From contig OZ242326.1 in the NCBI GenBank assembly GCA_965208325.1, positions 4,160,001 through 4,224,000 of the forward strand: DNA of 64,000 bases. Reading direction: 5' to 3'. This stretch comes from Candidatus Poribacteria bacterium (lineage in GTDB: Bacteria > Poribacteria > WGA-4E > PCPOR2b). A program made the translations under genes and the position numbers. Positions within the stretch are counted from its first letter, which is position 1; each line of letters starts with the position of its first letter. The notes beneath the pieces are model-generated. The model did no database searches and was not told where the DNA came from. It saw nothing but the letters and a program-made list of their open reading frames with translations. This document shows, one piece after another, positions 61,791 through 64,000 of this stretch.

Positions 61791-62780
61791 TCAAATGTGC
61801 TGAATTGGAATACCGATTTTTCCGACGGATGCGCCGGTGGCGACCATTGGGTAGCCCGGGTGAGACCAGAATATGCCGCTCTCCGGGGCGCGGATTGTCT
61901 CTTGCGGATGGCCGAAGGCGTCGCAGATTTCGGCGATGGGCTGGTATACCTCGACGCAGTCGTATAGGTTGGCTTTATAGTGGACGAATCCGCCGCGGTT
62001 GCTCAAGAGGGTGACGAATCGATCGATGACCACCTGTTGCACGGGGATTTCTGGGTCGCCGTCGATGAACGCGAAATGTTTGAGAACATTGAGCACGCCG
62101 CGCACCCCCTTTTCGATGCTCGCCGGGTTCCAGCCGCGGCAGCCGCCGAGTTCGGGGTCGATGGTTGGGATACCGACCTCCGGCGCGGCTTGCGCCAGTT
62201 GCCCCTTGGGTCCTTTTTTATCGAAGATGTAGCCGATGCCGAAGATTCGAGCCAGTGCCAGACAGGCTTCGTGCTGCGGATGGTTCCGCGATACGCGGAC
62301 ACGGACTTCGTCAATCATGGGGTCGATCCCGCCTTGGTGGAGGTCGATGCAGTAGTCCGATTGTTGGACGAGTCCGTTAAAGAGGCGGTAGGCGATGCGT
62401 TCGCTCGACGTGCCTTCAGATTTGCCCGGGAAGCATCGGTTCATCTTCATCTGATCGACGGGACTGTGGGCTTGTTGGGCGTGGAATGCGTGGAAATTGA
62501 CGATGGGCACGGCGATAATGCGGCCTCGCAAATGCTCTGGGGAAATTTTGCGGATAACCTCGTGGATAACTGCGATACCGTTGAGTTCGTCGCCGTCGCT
62601 TATAGATTGGAGATAGAGCGTTTTATCCCCGTGTTTTCCGTTGATGAGAACGACGGGAAGCCGCACGGGCGTGCCGTCCGGCAGCGAGCCGACGGTGATG
62701 TAGTCTTCGACGCGTTCGCCCGGTTTTGCGGTGATGGAACCTATGGAGAGGCGGTTATTAGTTATCCACATTTTATCCAC
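61791..62780 (-). CDS. Succinylglutamate desuccinylase/aspartoacylase (M14-like) family protein
   Basis: DGDELNG, MNRCFPG, IDLHQGG, PELGG; C-terminal biotinyl-like IRAPESG; first Zn-ligand His replaced (SISDGDE). Confidence 0.85.
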   Translation of the reverse strand: MDKMWITNNRLSIGSITAKPGERVEDYITVGSLPDGTPVRLPVVLINGKHGDKTLYLQSISDGDELNGIAVIHEVIRKISPEHLRGRIIAVPIVNFHAFHAQQAHSPVDQMKMNRCFPGKSEGTSSERIAYRLFNGLVQQSDYCIDLHQGGIDPMIDEVRVRVSRNHPQHEACLALARIFGIGYIFDKKGPKGQLAQAAPEVGIPTIDPELGGCRGWNPASIEKGVRGVLNVLKHFAFIDGDPEIPVQQVVIDRFVTLLSNRGGFVHYKANLYDCVEVYQPIAEICDAFGHPQETIRAPESGIFWSHPGYPMVATGASVGKIGIPIQHI

Positions 62781-62781
62781 A
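62762..62781 (+). promoter_or_regulatory. Pair of perfect DnaA boxes
   Basis: TTATCCACA at 62762 and 62773. Confidence 0.6.
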
Positions 62782-62820
62782 ATCGGGTTACAATTTTTTG
62801 GGGGTGACAGTGTAAATCAA

Positions 62821-62970
62821 GCTGTCTGAACTGTGATTTATTTGGTTAATTGATGGGCTGTGATTGGGGGGGGCATGATGATTTGGTGTTGAAGTTACGT
62901 TAAAAAAACCGAGTTTTGAAGAAAAAACTCGGTTTTAAATGAGGGCCGCGATTCGGAGATTGGTCCTACG
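62821..62970. repeat. REP mosaic, left flank of the small-gene cassette
   Basis: GCTGTCTGAACTGTG module 62821-62894, AAACCGAG hairpin at 62906, ...CCTAC module. Confidence 0.85.
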
Positions 62971-63015
62971 GGGTAAGGGATTGCGATTCCCGGCGATGGA
63001 TTCAACCACTGCCGT

Positions 63016-63177
63016 TTACTTGCCGCGCTCGCCTTCCTTCCGACTGATGAGCCTGCCAGTTTTTGCATCGCGGCTGCCTCGCTTGCCGCTAACAACCTTT
63101 TCAACAGCCCGTTGAGCTTGTCTTTTTGTGAGTTTGCCGCGTTTGGGCGGGTCTTTAACGGTTCTTTCGCGTCCCAC
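63016..63177 (-). CDS. Small basic protein (53 aa), paralogue of 63331..63582, probably truncated by a premature TAA
   Basis: Manual translation MGRERTVKDPPKRGKLTKRQAQRAVEKVVSGKRGSRDAKTGRLISRKEGERGK*TAVVESI; AAGGTGA RBS. Confidence 0.7.
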   Translation of the reverse strand: MGRERTVKDPPKRGKLTKRQAQRAVEKVVSGKRGSRDAKTGRLISRKEGERGK

Positions 63178-63330
63178 TATTATCACCTTATTGAATTATG
63201 TTTTAAACATCGGTCAGTTGGGCTCAATGGGGGTAAAAAATATCCGTTTGCCGTAGGATGGATTTCGGGGAAGACTAACGCTGTCGCTATGGACTCCGAT
63301 GACCCCGATCCACCCAACCTACAAGGGCTG

Positions 63331-63582
63331 TTATCCTCGTTTATTCGGCCTCGTGATGGTCTCAACCACTGCCGTATCCTTACGGCGTTCGGCTTCCTGA
63401 CAACTGATAAACCTGCCCGTTGCTGCGTCGCGACCAACCTTAATGGTCGTTACACCATGGTTCGCCGAAGACTTGCCGCCGCCGTTTTTGCCGTAAACGA
63501 CCTCTCGTACGGCTCGTTTGATTTCGCTTCTTTTGAGCTTACCTTTTTTGGGTGGATACTTGACGATTCTTGGTCTTGCCAC
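63331..63582 (-). CDS. Small basic hypothetical protein (83 aa)
   Basis: AAGGAGGT RBS; PPKKGKL...RAVREVV and RDAATGRFIS..EAERRKDTAVVETI shared with the downstream paralogue. Confidence 0.7.
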   Translation of the reverse strand: MARPRIVKYPPKKGKLKRSEIKRAVREVVYGKNGGGKSSANHGVTTIKVGRDAATGRFISCQEAERRKDTAVVETITRPNKRG

Positions 63583-63589
63583 GTAATCA

Positions 63590-63659
63590 CCTCCTTGAAT
63601 TGTGAATCAAAGGGACAATTTAGAAAGATATTATCATTATAGTTTTTGGGTAAGCTCAT
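63590..63659 (-). pseudogene. N-terminal remnant of an 'NCPFD' family protein
   Basis: MSLPKNYNDNIFLNCPFDSQFK then runs out of frame into the RBS of the next gene. Confidence 0.4.
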
Positions 63660-63816
63660 GATTTGCTCAGTTTATCTGTTTAATCGCTTCGCTCATAAAA
63701 TTCAGGATAATATTATGCCATAATTTAAGGACATATATCAACGAAAACCAAATGCGAAAAAGCTGGCAATCAGGGGATCAACCGGCCGAATAGGGAGGGC
63801 GATAGTCTTTTATTTG

Positions 63817-64000
63817 AAACCGAGTTTTTTCTTCAAAACTCGGTTTCTTTAAGGCTACTTTATCGCGGCTGGAAACCGCTCCCACAGGGGCGGGATTGTG
63901 AATTTCGATGCAAGCCGATCTACAAGAGCTGTCTGAACTGTGATTTGTGTGATTAAATGATGGGCTATGATTGGGGGGACATGGTGATTTGGTGTTGAAG
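63817..64000. repeat. REP mosaic, right flank of the small-gene cassette
   Basis: Inverted AAACCGAG hairpin 63817-63846, GTGGGAG-type REP, module 63928-64000 matching 62821-62894. Confidence 0.85.

Noticed and set aside
57939..62807. Long antisense ORFs (57939..58706, 61020..61730, 61980..62807; also 45467..46177)
   Set aside because: Shadow frames of well-supported GC-rich genes on the opposite strand
41629..64000. Integron cassette array with attC sites
   Set aside because: The intervening genes include core genes in both orientations, the repeats lack RYYYAAC/GTTRRRY ends, and there is no integrase

Overview
A 64-kb bacterial chromosomal segment from a diderm organism. Tandem LamG proteins ending in AVxPKxKLxxxWxxLK, a DUF6785-type membrane protein, and Gfo/Idh/MocA, GH32 and GH127-like enzymes suggest Candidatus Poribacteria or a relative (inference). 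The first ~38 kb is mostly housekeeping genes: RecQ, two sigma70 factors, queF, hflKC, lipA, nfuA, a SufR-like regulator, dapL, mqnD, pduO, a cold-shock protein and dusB. It also holds an intact ISL3 with an 8-bp target duplication, a possible T9SS-like cargo/shuttle locus, and a UGA-recoded (selenocysteine, UxxC) TlpA lipoprotein with a SECIS-like hairpin that the ORF track splits in two. From ~41.6 kb on, most intergenic spacers are filled with mosaics of at least eight GTAG/GTGG-headed REP-like hairpin families. These form REPIN-like pairs, tandem arrays of 65, 194 and 360 bp, and an element with conserved arms around a fixed-length (71-72 nt) but variable insert. They surround smpB-ssrA, a TonB receptor, CBS proteins, 2-oxoacid:ferredoxin oxidoreductase, ABC permeases, a gene bracketed by paired perfect DnaA boxes, and a repeat-flanked cassette of two small basic paralogues. 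No CRISPR-Cas or RAYT gene is present. All calls were made by eye; no searches were run.
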